A program made the position numbers and the translations under genes. From an uncultured Halobacteriales archaeon (GTDB taxonomy: Archaea; Thermoplasmatota; E2; JACPAO01; JAHFTW01), in assembly GCA_964643795.1 (NCBI GenBank), contig CAZXUC010000016.1, forward strand, positions 5,102-69,101: a DNA stretch of 64,000 nucleotides. The letters run 5' to 3'. Below are positions 28,701 through 37,474 of the stretch, in pieces; position 1 is the first letter of the stretch; each line of letters starts with the position of its first letter. Below the pieces are notes generated by a model. That model searched no databases. It had not been told where the DNA came from and saw nothing but the letters and a program-made list of their open reading frames with translations.

Positions 28701-31700
28701 CCCACCGGGAAGGACAGGGAGAAGCGGCCTTCCTTGACGGGGTCAGGCGTCATGCGTAGCCGATCGGGCGAGTCGTTGGGGCCGTGGAAGTTCGTCACGG
28801 CCGAGGCGTTGAGCAGCACAGTGAACTGGCGCCAATCGGACGGGAAACGGCCACCGGAGATTGGCGGGTCCGTCACCATCACGTGGACTGTCACCACGTC
28901 TCCTGTGCGGTTCGCCGTCGCGCCACCCTTGGGGTAGTCGATCTTGGTCTCGTCTTCATGCAGCACAGGGGCTGTCCGATCCAGGATCAGTTTTCCCCCG
29001 AAGCGTTGGGTCGACGATGGCAGGTTGCCCACACCATCGCGGAACTGCGCCTCCCAGAACAAACGCCCCTCAGGCCATTCTCTTGCATCGAGCAAGCCGT
29101 TCCAGTTGGACCAAGTGATGCGATACTTGCCATCCGCGCAGGTGTCGTCGCCGCCCAGTTCGACGCCGTCCTCCACGCAGTCGAGGGTGACCGGGTCATC
29201 GGGGACCATGATCGTCTGGTCCTCCTCGCTAATCCATTTGATGTGCCCAACGATGCCACTGGTGTCCTCTTGGGCGAAGAAGTGGATCGAGAGGTCCCGT
29301 TCCGGGCTGAGTCGGTACTGGCCATCGCCCACCTGCTCGCCATCCAGGCGATAGAGGCGTCCCTGGTCGGGCAACGAGATCTGGGGCCGCGTGAAGTCGG
29401 CGAAGAACTCCGTGACGTGATCGCCGCCGTCAAGGGCGACCTTGCGCAGCGCGGCAGCCAGGAGGTTGCCACTGGCAGGCACGCTGCCCAAAGCAGCGTG
29501 GCCGGCCCCGCAGAAGGGAACGCATTCGACGTTGCCGACGCGGTCCTCGAACAGAACGAGAAGCAGTATCCTCTCGCCGTGGATCGCCGCAACGGCGCTC
29601 CCAATGCTGTCCTTGCCGGCCTCGACGCCCAAGCTCTCCTCCAGTTGCCACCCACTCCAGCCTTCTCCTTGCTTCTGGCGGTTGCCGAAGACGTGGGCCA
29701 TCGCAGGATCGTTGCCTGAAGGGATGGAGAACGTCAGATCCATCGTCCCCGCAAGGGCGGAGGTGGGGTTTCCCTTGCTGATCGTGATGGGTACGTAGGC
29801 CGGGCAAGGCGACGCAAACGCGTCCGTGCGGATGCATCCGCCCGTGGGTGGGTCGGAGTCAACGCGGAAGGGGAGGGCGGGGTGGTGCCGGCTCCTTTCT
29901 GGCACGAACTTATCGTCGGTCGCCTCCAGATGGATGTAGTACGTTCCAGAGGGCACGTAGACGCCCGACTTGGTGCCGTCCCATAGTAATTGAAGCCCCT
30001 CGCTCGTGGCCGGCGGGTCACTGAAATCGTGCAGGGTTGCCACATGGTTGCCAAGGACAGGGGCATCGCGCACCTCGACCTTCATCCAGGCGGCCGCCCC
30101 GCCGGGAAGGCTACGTTCCTCCAGATGGTCCTCAGACAGCTGGAAAGCCACGGTCACAGGCGGCGGGGATCCGTCGGCAAACGGCACTGGTGAGAATGCC
30201 TCGGGTTGGACCGAAATGTCGCTGAGGCGTGGCCGGTTGTTCACCGTGAAGGTCTCCACTGCATCGACGTACCCGACCGTGAAGTCGAGTCCCTTGAGCG
30301 CGTAGTGCACAACGGTCTGGACCTCGTAGTCGCCGTCGGGCCAGTCTGCGTTGTCCGTACTCCATGTAAGGCACCACACGTTGGGTCCACACGCCTTTGC
30401 GTAGTCCACGAACGCGCTTTCGATGAAGACCTCTACCAGGCGAACCTGGATGGCTTGTTGCGCTCCGCCCTTGTATTCGACGCTCGTCACCAGTTCTACC
30501 GTGTCCTTGACCGGTGAAACCTCCTGCTCCAGCTTGGGATCAAAGGGCGCCAGCGTGACGCCTAGCAGGTCTTCGCTGATCTGTCGTAGCCGGTGGCCGA
30601 TCTGGTCCGTGGAGGGGAGGTCAATGCCGACGCCGCCGGTGCTGGAGCTGCGACCGGGCTGGTTCCAGACCTCGTTGTTGCGGTTGCCCGAGTCGCCGAA
30701 GAATTCGTTCCTGAGCGCCACGACCTGCTCGTTGTCCGCAATCACCCGCCACAGGTTTGCAACGGCGTCGTCCAAGTCCGCGCACAGGTCCCCGATGACT
30801 TGGTCCAAAGCCCACAAGGCCTCCCAAGCATCCAGTGCCTCCGGCGGCAGGCCAATCTCTGCAAACAAGATCTCTTCGGTCAAGGTCTTGGCGGCAGTGA
30901 CCTCGTTCGTGATGGCCCAATGCTCAGCAAACTGAGCTGCCACATCGGCCGTGCACGTGGCAAGGGCTTGGGGGTCTGGATCCATCAGCGAGACCAGACT
31001 GTTCATGGTATCGGCGTACGCATACCCGTCCCGGCCGCCCATGTCAAGCAGCATGCCAATGGAAGCGATCACGTAGGCGTCCCGAGCCAAATCGTCGCCG
31101 GGTTGGGTGGCCCATGGAGGAATACATTGCGTTGGCCTGTCGATCGGGTTCTTGCCGATCACGAGTGCCGAGTAGCCTTGGCTCTCGCTGTCGGCGGCGT
31201 ACCGGTCCGAACCACGCAAATCGAACAGGACGCCGGCATTTTCTACGAATTCCAGGTGGGCAAGACCGACCGTAGCCGTAGACGGAACGTTCGCGCAGAG
31301 CGTCGACGTTTCAAACTCCCCGCCGAAGTGGGCACCTTGCCCGACTGCCTGGGCCTTGTAGATGTCATTGCCATCCAGGTCGACCAGGAGACCGGAAGCC
31401 CCGTGGTTCAGGTTTGCTTCCGTTTCTCCGTTTGCGGCGGGGGTGCGCCCCATGTTCTGGTCACCGCGCGAGAATGCAGCACCCTGCGCCCAGTGGCCGG
31501 CCTCGTAGGAGTCCTGGCCTCCGAGGTTGATCAGGAGTCCTATTCCGGCTTGCCAGGCCACACCTTGCATCATCGTACCGTATCGCGCGTTGGCGGCCAT
31601 GCTCACCTGGAATGATGGTGAATCCGGCTGCCAGCGCACCTCCCATAACGGACTACCCGCGACTTCATGGGCGGCGGGAGCGGTCCCTTTCGTGTCGAGC

Positions 31701-34700
31701 CAGGCAAGCACGTTTGGCCTAGATGGATGGATTGCGATATCCTGTGCTCCGTCGGCCTGGAGGGTGAATTCCTGGCTCGTCCAGTCGTAGCTCATCACGC
31801 GGGGGAGCCTGCCAGGAACTTCGTGTGTGAAGGCGACGCGCTCCCCTGCGACATGCGGGCCGACGAGTTGGCCAAGGTCAACCTCGTCGAAATCCCCGAG
31901 GGGGAACCCGGGCGTGTCTGGACCAATGATCCGCAACGCTTCGGCACCGCTGAGCAAGCGGTGCAGGACGTAGAGGCGCCATGGGCCGTCTTCGGCGCGC
32001 GTCTGCCAAGCAGCCAGAACACCGGAAAGGGAAGGTCGGATATGCTCGCCGGCCAAGCGTTCACCCGTCTGCGGGTACTCTGAAAGCCGCGATTGCGTGA
32101 AGGACACGAGGTCGATTGCGTAGATGCTGGAAGACCCGTCCCGGTCGTCTTCGAAGGCCAGGGTCTTGTCTGCGTATGCGGGTCGTCCCTGATTGGAGCC
32201 CGGAATGACGAGTTCGGTGCGATCTTGGCTGTCGGTGTGACCGAAATTCCAGTACAGGTCCCATTCGCCGTTGCGGTCGTCCTGCCAGACATAGAAGGGG
32301 CGGTCGGTATGCAGTACGCCAGCGGGTCCCGCCACGGGGTGAACCTGGTTGGAAGCGGCATCCTTGGCCAGCGGGTTGGCGTTGCCGACGATGACGTCGT
32401 TGCATGCGTCACCCATCGTGAGTCCTGTGTGGATGACCTGCCACCGAGGGAACGCATTGTCCTCCAGGAATTGGGACATGACGGCGGCGCTTCCGTCCGT
32501 CGCGAGAGAGAGGTCCCGAATGGGCCCCCGGGTTTCGTCGTGGAGGAGGGGGAACCTGCAATCCTCTGAGGGATGCCGCGCCATGGGCCGCCAGGTGAAG
32601 CCGTTGTCGTCGTCTACGACCCATGGTCGCAGCTCTTCCCATGCCGCGAAGCCGCGGCCGGGTCCACCCAGGACTGGGTTGCGTACGACCTCGGGACTGG
32701 CGCTGAACGTGTCGTCGCCGCCTTGCGACCATAGGATGCCAGATCCCAGGAGGCCAAAGCCCTGCGCCAGGCCGCGTGCCTCGAACAGGTCTTCTTCGTT
32801 GCCGAGATCGGCCAGCATGCCCACTCCGAGGAATCCGGTTCCCTGCACGAGGAGACCGGTCTTGGAAGGGCGGGCGAGCACACCGGCTGGGTCGCTGTTC
32901 CCGGACAGTGGGCTGAAATCATATTCGGAGGCGAGACGACTGTCCGTGCCGTCATAGTGATCGGCCCCTTCCAGGTCGAGAAGGAGCGAGGCCGCGGCGA
33001 GCGGACCCGAGGCCGCTGCCGAGGCGGTGCCCGCCACGGAGGCACGCAGCAGGGTGGCGCCGGCGTTGTTGCGATAGAGGTCGTTCCCACCCGGGTCGAT
33101 GAGGAGGGCATAATCGGTCGTGTAATGGGATGCATCGGCGGCACCGATTACCACGCCGAGGCCATCCATTTGCAACAGGGGAGATTGTTCCGAATCGACG
33201 GAGGATGCGCCTAGATCGCGGTCCCAGAAGATGCCCCGAGGTCCCGGGCTTGAAGAAATCGAAAAGCGGTCGTTTCGATGGCTGGACCAATCGGGGGATC
33301 CAGGATGTGCTGGCCTCCCTTGATATCGGTCTTGGCCTCCACTTTCCAAGAAGATGCCAGTGGTGGGCGCGGCAGGATGCTTTGCGTTCACCTGCATGGT
33401 GCCGCTGGATGTCGATTCAGCGTGCCCCTGTGTTCCTACAGGTTGGTACCAATCCGCCCCGGCCAGCTCAATGAACATTGCATGGTAGGCAGTGTTGTAC
33501 CCGTTGGGTTTAGGGACTTCAATGCAATTGTTGCACTGGCCGACAATGATTTCGTGTTTCGCAAAGCCCTGCCCTGGAGATTCGTATACATCATTGCCTA
33601 CCGCGTCGATAAACAGGGCCAGGCTGGCCCCCGCAGGCATGTTTATTGTTTGGGATCCTCCCTGGGAACCCGCGCCCGCCTTGTACGTATCGTTGCCTCG
33701 CGCATCGAAAAGGACGCCAATGCCGTAGTGATTTTTTACAGCGCCCTGCGAATTTTGCTGGGCAATGTACACATCATCACCGCCAAGATTGAGGAGAATC
33801 CCATTGTTGCACCCCTGGACGCAATTTTTTCCGCCTTGGACAAATTTGTCGTTCCCTTCGCCGAAGCTGACGACTAGCGTCGGCAGATATAGAATCGGGG
33901 CGACCGCCAATCCGCTGGAGTCAAGCAGGGGTCCGCCAGCGCGGTTCTCGTACGTGTCAGCGCCGCCGAGGTCCAAACTGAGAAGGTAGTCCTTGTCCGG
34001 AAGCACGATTCCCGCGTCGCTCAATCCACCGTCAGACCCGTCTGGATACTCCGTATTGGTCGCGTCGCCCAGGACAAAGATGCCTGGCATCCGGAGGATG
34101 TAGTCGGAGGCGGCGGGAAGAAGCCCCATCTCGGTCGGGTGGGGCACGGCGTCCGGCCAATCGTCCGGCTTGGCAGGCAGGCCCCCTGGATTGTCGCTGG
34201 CGTTGTTGGGATTTGCGCCGAATGCGGTTTCCACGCCGTTTGGCCACCCGTCCACGTCGTCGTCGTCCGTGCTCAAGAGTGAGAAGACGGCACCGAGGAG
34301 TTGCTGCTGGAGGCTTTCGGCGAGTTCCTGGACCTGGCCTGGGATGCTTTGAGGATCCAGTTCAGACAGATCCGCGAGTGTGTGGAAGACATTGAGGGTA
34401 CACCCATTGGCTCGGTTGTCGGCGAAAATCCCGAAACCAGGTGCCTGGGGAGCAAAAGGATCGCCGGGGTCAATGGTGGCCCGGCAGGTTCCGTCGCGGA
34501 ACCGCACGTTCGTGTGCATCTCGCGACGCGTATAATCGTCATCGCCACCCAAGTCGACGAGCAAGCCAAGCCCCGCATTCCTACCCTGCCCCTGGCTCCC
34601 GCCGCGGTAATCGTCGTTGCCGTCGCCGTCGATTAGCATGCCGATGCCTGCGTCGCCGAAGCCCTGTCCCTGGGCACCAGTCGCCACCGTGTAACGATCG

Positions 34701-37474
34701 TTTCCACCTGCATCCGCCAGGATTCCGACGCCACCCAAGAACGGAATCAAAGGAACGGCGATTTGTTCGAAGGTGTTGCCAAAGGGTGTGGATAGGCCTT
34801 GCGCACGGTCAGTAGCGGAGTAGACATCGTCCCCATCGCTGTCGATGAGCAAACCAACTCCGAACAGGCCAGAGAGGCAAGGAACCGGAAAGCCAACCTG
34901 GCCTACGGTCTCCCTGGTGCCACCAAAGAACACTTGGTCCACACGAAGGCCAGACTCACCGGGCGCACAGACATTACCTGACGTTCCCCCGCCATGGCCC
35001 TGTGCCGTCGTGAGTGCGCGGTACTGGTCATTGCCGCTGGCATCCCAGAGGATGCCGATGCCGCCCAGGCTGGATCCTTGTATCGCTTCAAGATCTCCTA
35101 TGGCCGTCGCCTCTTGGAAGACGAGCGACTCCAAGTTGGCAGGCGGTGCAGGGGGTTCATATTTGTCATCCCCGGCAAAATCCAGGGCCAGGGCAATCGA
35201 CGATGGATTGGCCCAGAAATCTGAGGAAAGTTGGGCATCCTGTGGGAAGAGCGGCGGAACTGAGGGGGAAAAGATGTAAGCGGTTGTCAATGTTCCATCA
35301 ATCTCGCGCGCGATGAACGATAGTATCGACCCTCCTGCGTTGGAGGCGTAATGGTCGTCTCCACCCAGATCCACAGACAAAATCTGTCCCTGGGGCCCTA
35401 CGGTCGTGCTGCTGCCGAGGCGGTGATTGCCCTGTGCTATGGGTATGTTCACCATCCCCATGGACGGTGTGTACGCCGTTCGCCCGAATCCCCCGATGAC
35501 CACCGTGCCTAGGAGCGGATCGGCAAAGAGTACGTCGTTTTCGCATGACGCGGCTTCCGGGTCCTCGCACGCACCTGGGAACAGGGGGTCGGTCACGCAC
35601 GAGGAATCCTGGTCGGGGCAGGGATCATCGATGACTTGTGCGGACGCTCCAGGCAGGATGAAGTTCAGGGCGGCCACGACGTACTTGCCCCAGGCGGGGG
35701 CATCGTTGATCTCGCGCTCCACCTTCTTCTGGGTGTAGCCGTCGAGGGCGTCCTTGCTTGCCTCCGTGGCGGAGGCCACCATGAGGGACGCCTCGTAGTA
35801 CGCGTCGCGCACGCGGTCCACGATGTCGTAGTACGCTTCGAGGCGCTGGAGGTCTTCGATGGAGATGTCGCCTTCGAGGATGCGGTTCTGGACGTTTTCC
35901 GGGACCGCCGACTCGAGCAGCGCCAGGTCCTCGACGCTTAGGTTCTGGTAGAGTGCTGTCAGGACGTCAGTGGCCGCCAGTTGCGCCATGAGCATCCGGG
36001 CAGCGTTGCGCTCGACAGTCGGGGCCAGGGCGCCGACGTCGTCGTGCAGCTTCTGGCGCGTGTCTTGGTCCACGTCGAGGCCGTAGCGCTCGTACAAGTC
36101 CAGCACGGCCGTCTCGAGGCTGCCACGGGGCGGCAGGGGCGGAGCCGCCACGGCCATGGGGTCGGCGCCCTGCGCCATGAAGCCTGCGTGGAGCGCAGCC
36201 ACGGGCGTGCCTTGGCGCACCAACGCGTCGGCCGTCAAGACGATTCCAGGGATTGCACGGGGCAAATCCATGGGCGTCTTGGGGAGGGCCGGGTAGGCGT
36301 TGTGAGCGTAGAGGAGCCCGAAAGCCTCGATTGTTGGCGCCGAGACCTTGACCGCCTCCACGAGGCGTACGGCGGCCGCAATGGAGCTGGTCTGGCTGGC
36401 CGGATCAGTGGGGTCTTGGGAGAGGACCGCCTCCATCCAGGCTTGGTGGTTGATGACGATGCGTGCCACGGCGCGCTGGAGTCCTTCGGGGATCATGTCT
36501 GCCTGGACGAGTGCCAGCGGGTCGAGGGCGACGGGGAGGTGCGTGGCGTCGGCCAGGCCGCGCAGGGCATCAGATAGGGACGCGCCAGGGGCGGGTTCGA
36601 TGGGGGCAAGCGACGGGATGCTGCTGCTCCAGGTGCCGGCCATCAGGAGCGCGTCGGAGAGGGCGTCGAGGCGCTCGATTCGGTGCATCGCAGCCAAGTT
36701 GCCTGGCGAATGCGTGTCGAGGTAGCCCCCCAAATCATCGACGTAGCGCTGCGACCGCGCTGCCGCTTCGCGCTCGGCCTTGCCCCACGCCTCCAGCGTG
36801 GGCAAGACGTAGGCGACGGTCGAGGTGACGATCTGCGTGGCGGCGTGGATGAGGCCCATGTCGATCTTGGTGCCCGCGTCGCTGATGGCGGCGATGTGCG
36901 CATCATCCACCCATGCCTGCGGGTCGGGGCCGGCCGCCATGATGGCATCGGGAGCCGAAAGCAGCAATTCCTTCTCGTCGGCGTCCAATCCATCCAGCGC
37001 CTGGGCTTGCAGCATCGTGGCGTCCGTGAGGGCATACAGGAGCGAAGCCACGGCCACTTGGACGTCCAGCGGCAGGCTGTCGACGCGCTCGAGTTCGGGG
37101 TCCGCCAGCAGTGTCGCCTCGTCTTGGAGGTTCAGTGCCTTGTTCCAGACGAGAAATGCGTGGCGCAGCGGCTGGTCGCGCCCCATGGCGTCCGCTGCAT
37201 ACTGGACCGGCATGTGGGCGGGTGGGAGCGGCAGCCCCAGGACGTGGCTGGCCACGGGCGGGCCGTTGCTTGTCATGCCGCGCAGTCCGGTCAAGTTGCC
37301 CACGAGATCCAGCAGCGAGCCGCGGCCGACGTTTGCCAACGGGTTCTCGACGCCGGAATCCAAGATGGGTTCCGGTGCGTCAACCAATGGATTGGAGATT
37401 GCGACGGTGGCGCCCATTACAAAAAACGATGCGGCCACGAAGATGGCGAATGCGCGACCGGTCTGGATCCTCAT
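25745..37474 (-). CDS. giant secreted surface protein (3909 aa): helical N-terminus, about 22 D-x-x-G-x-D-x-Y repeats, TolB-like propeller, FlgD-like, Ig and FN3 domains, sorting tail
   Basis: Uninterrupted 11.7-kb ORF with a signal peptide. Repeats such as VDLGGDDHY, WDASGNDQY, FDARGNDTY. LLWDGTKSGVYVPSGTYYIHLEATD (FlgD-Ig-like). Tail VPAVAPFLALLAATLAIGRRNRK. ATGA overlap at 37471-37474. Confidence 0.85.
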   Translation of the reverse strand: MRIQTGRAFAIFVAASFFVMGATVAISNPLVDAPEPILDSGVENPLANVGRGSLLDLVGNLTGLRGMTSNGPPVASHVLGLPLPPAHMPVQYAADAMGRDQPLRHAFLVWNKALNLQDEATLLADPELERVDSLPLDVQVAVASLLYALTDATMLQAQALDGLDADEKELLLSAPDAIMAAGPDPQAWVDDAHIAAISDAGTKIDMGLIHAATQIVTSTVAYVLPTLEAWGKAEREAAARSQRYVDDLGGYLDTHSPGNLAAMHRIERLDALSDALLMAGTWSSSIPSLAPIEPAPGASLSDALRGLADATHLPVALDPLALVQADMIPEGLQRAVARIVINHQAWMEAVLSQDPTDPASQTSSIAAAVRLVEAVKVSAPTIEAFGLLYAHNAYPALPKTPMDLPRAIPGIVLTADALVRQGTPVAALHAGFMAQGADPMAVAAPPLPPRGSLETAVLDLYERYGLDVDQDTRQKLHDDVGALAPTVERNAARMLMAQLAATDVLTALYQNLSVEDLALLESAVPENVQNRILEGDISIEDLQRLEAYYDIVDRVRDAYYEASLMVASATEASKDALDGYTQKKVEREINDAPAWGKYVVAALNFILPGASAQVIDDPCPDQDSSCVTDPLFPGACEDPEAASCENDVLFADPLLGTVVIGGFGRTAYTPSMGMVNIPIAQGNHRLGSSTTVGPQGQILSVDLGGDDHYASNAGGSILSFIAREIDGTLTTAYIFSPSVPPLFPQDAQLSSDFWANPSSIALALDFAGDDKYEPPAPPANLESLVFQEATAIGDLEAIQGSSLGGIGILWDASGNDQYRALTTAQGHGGGTSGNVCAPGESGLRVDQVFFGGTRETVGQVGFPVPCLSGLFGVGLLIDSDGDDVYSATDRAQGLSTPFGNTFEQIAVPLIPFLGGVGILADAGGNDRYTVATGAQGQGFGDAGIGMLIDGDGNDDYRGGSQGQGRNAGLGLLVDLGGDDDYTRREMHTNVRFRDGTCRATIDPGDPFAPQAPGFGIFADNRANGCTLNVFHTLADLSELDPQSIPGQVQELAESLQQQLLGAVFSLLSTDDDDVDGWPNGVETAFGANPNNASDNPGGLPAKPDDWPDAVPHPTEMGLLPAASDYILRMPGIFVLGDATNTEYPDGSDGGLSDAGIVLPDKDYLLSLDLGGADTYENRAGGPLLDSSGLAVAPILYLPTLVVSFGEGNDKFVQGGKNCVQGCNNGILLNLGGDDVYIAQQNSQGAVKNHYGIGVLFDARGNDTYKAGAGSQGGSQTINMPAGASLALFIDAVGNDVYESPGQGFAKHEIIVGQCNNCIEVPKPNGYNTAYHAMFIELAGADWYQPVGTQGHAESTSSGTMQVNAKHPAAPTTGIFLESGGQDRYQGRPAHPGSPDWSSHRNDRFSISSSPGPRGIFWDRDLGASSVDSEQSPLLQMDGLGVVIGAADASHYTTDYALLIDPGGNDLYRNNAGATLLRASVAGTASAAASGPLAAASLLLDLEGADHYDGTDSRLASEYDFSPLSGNSDPAGVLARPSKTGLLVQGTGFLGVGMLADLGNEEDLFEARGLAQGFGLLGSGILWSQGGDDTFSASPEVVRNPVLGGPGRGFAAWEELRPWVVDDDNGFTWRPMARHPSEDCRFPLLHDETRGPIRDLSLATDGSAAVMSQFLEDNAFPRWQVIHTGLTMGDACNDVIVGNANPLAKDAASNQVHPVAGPAGVLHTDRPFYVWQDDRNGEWDLYWNFGHTDSQDRTELVIPGSNQGRPAYADKTLAFEDDRDGSSSIYAIDLVSFTQSRLSEYPQTGERLAGEHIRPSLSGVLAAWQTRAEDGPWRLYVLHRLLSGAEALRIIGPDTPGFPLGDFDEVDLGQLVGPHVAGERVAFTHEVPGRLPRVMSYDWTSQEFTLQADGAQDIAIHPSRPNVLAWLDTKGTAPAAHEVAGSPLWEVRWQPDSPSFQVSMAANARYGTMMQGVAWQAGIGLLINLGGQDSYEAGHWAQGAAFSRGDQNMGRTPAANGETEANLNHGASGLLVDLDGNDIYKAQAVGQGAHFGGEFETSTLCANVPSTATVGLAHLEFVENAGVLFDLRGSDRYAADSESQGYSALVIGKNPIDRPTQCIPPWATQPGDDLARDAYVIASIGMLLDMGGRDGYAYADTMNSLVSLMDPDPQALATCTADVAAQFAEHWAITNEVTAAKTLTEEILFAEIGLPPEALDAWEALWALDQVIGDLCADLDDAVANLWRVIADNEQVVALRNEFFGDSGNRNNEVWNQPGRSSSTGGVGIDLPSTDQIGHRLRQISEDLLGVTLAPFDPKLEQEVSPVKDTVELVTSVEYKGGAQQAIQVRLVEVFIESAFVDYAKACGPNVWCLTWSTDNADWPDGDYEVQTVVHYALKGLDFTVGYVDAVETFTVNNRPRLSDISVQPEAFSPVPFADGSPPPVTVAFQLSEDHLEERSLPGGAAAWMKVEVRDAPVLGNHVATLHDFSDPPATSEGLQLLWDGTKSGVYVPSGTYYIHLEATDDKFVPERSRHHPALPFRVDSDPPTGGCIRTDAFASPCPAYVPITISKGNPTSALAGTMDLTFSIPSGNDPAMAHVFGNRQKQGEGWSGWQLEESLGVEAGKDSIGSAVAAIHGERILLLVLFEDRVGNVECVPFCGAGHAALGSVPASGNLLAAALRKVALDGGDHVTEFFADFTRPQISLPDQGRLYRLDGEQVGDGQYRLSPERDLSIHFFAQEDTSGIVGHIKWISEEDQTIMVPDDPVTLDCVEDGVELGGDDTCADGKYRITWSNWNGLLDAREWPEGRLFWEAQFRDGVGNLPSSTQRFGGKLILDRTAPVLHEDETKIDYPKGGATANRTGDVVTVHVMVTDPPISGGRFPSDWRQFTVLLNASAVTNFHGPNDSPDRLRMTPDPVKEGRFSLSFPVGRPGLDLDQPGWREALNLHIADQARNWNNDTAVDLLLGNPQLGLQEAHVHATVDSVTIEWETDLDANVTLWFGRVGAEAQPFTNPDALSKLHRFTLPSIGFPFLIEPATLYSYRIEAIDEQGLAQAAGPFLVPTLAGLDGGLTTPRNHAVLAGIVPAEGFVDVSSRPGAEVRVQLRLLNETLPGGARLAMDEVIRNSPRYSPGDVLYWDTDASGNVTPGDLRLVAFGQGLFVGEEDFDLAITLDGRVLQGGFHFFDADGDCLVGSKELVYLTRLTAAAGTVSPGDLRIGGPNHGSSVLASDVDVGRPLAGRQQGALCSGGALAAGFATLDSSGGPSTGNGAYIDGDGDGTVGPGDIRLSDREAFPAGSRVAAKDKDVGAALAPLPGHAAFIDMIGDQAFTKELVTGALPDGIYTLEASFTYQSPVLLENVTRTVTNLLIDNSPPQITAVNPAANQTLPASPDALILQVTDAWTPILPETARLRINGQVVAGTTATALETSDGGRTAFVRIALPDGLPSGPLRITVTAKDAAGNTGVVSYNIVHDGDAPQASPGSTAVEVAYPHGQQAARPGDLVRVRARLSDLTGIAQVTLDASPLGGEDEIHLLAVPQGHEATVRVGDDVKGGRVLVNLTALDSLGHRADFVAEVLVEREPPALTGFDSVHTAMDSARLGLAFDQPVQAWVLLYQGETMLTRVPAVADDLSAFPRLAGASAMHGYAAGLSGLEPGMRYRIVIEAQGASGLDAEHEKAWNFAPVIVQPPSVGGLAVQVGRSGHVQLVWEVAKDLPDRAIKYIVYRMSAGGFEPVAQTWAPRVDDRPEPGTYRYFVQAQNLAGMMGESSSIVEVTVKPRAGVSAWSVTPSRGTEQTPFTFSAVVTSATSAQPSAWMVLEGAPYRMDLASGDCRQECRFTATIQTQAAFRSLEQGFHIEVMDAAGILRGPETGEAAGPRVVMGIDEGEGTEKKNVPAVAPFLALLAATLAIGRRNRK

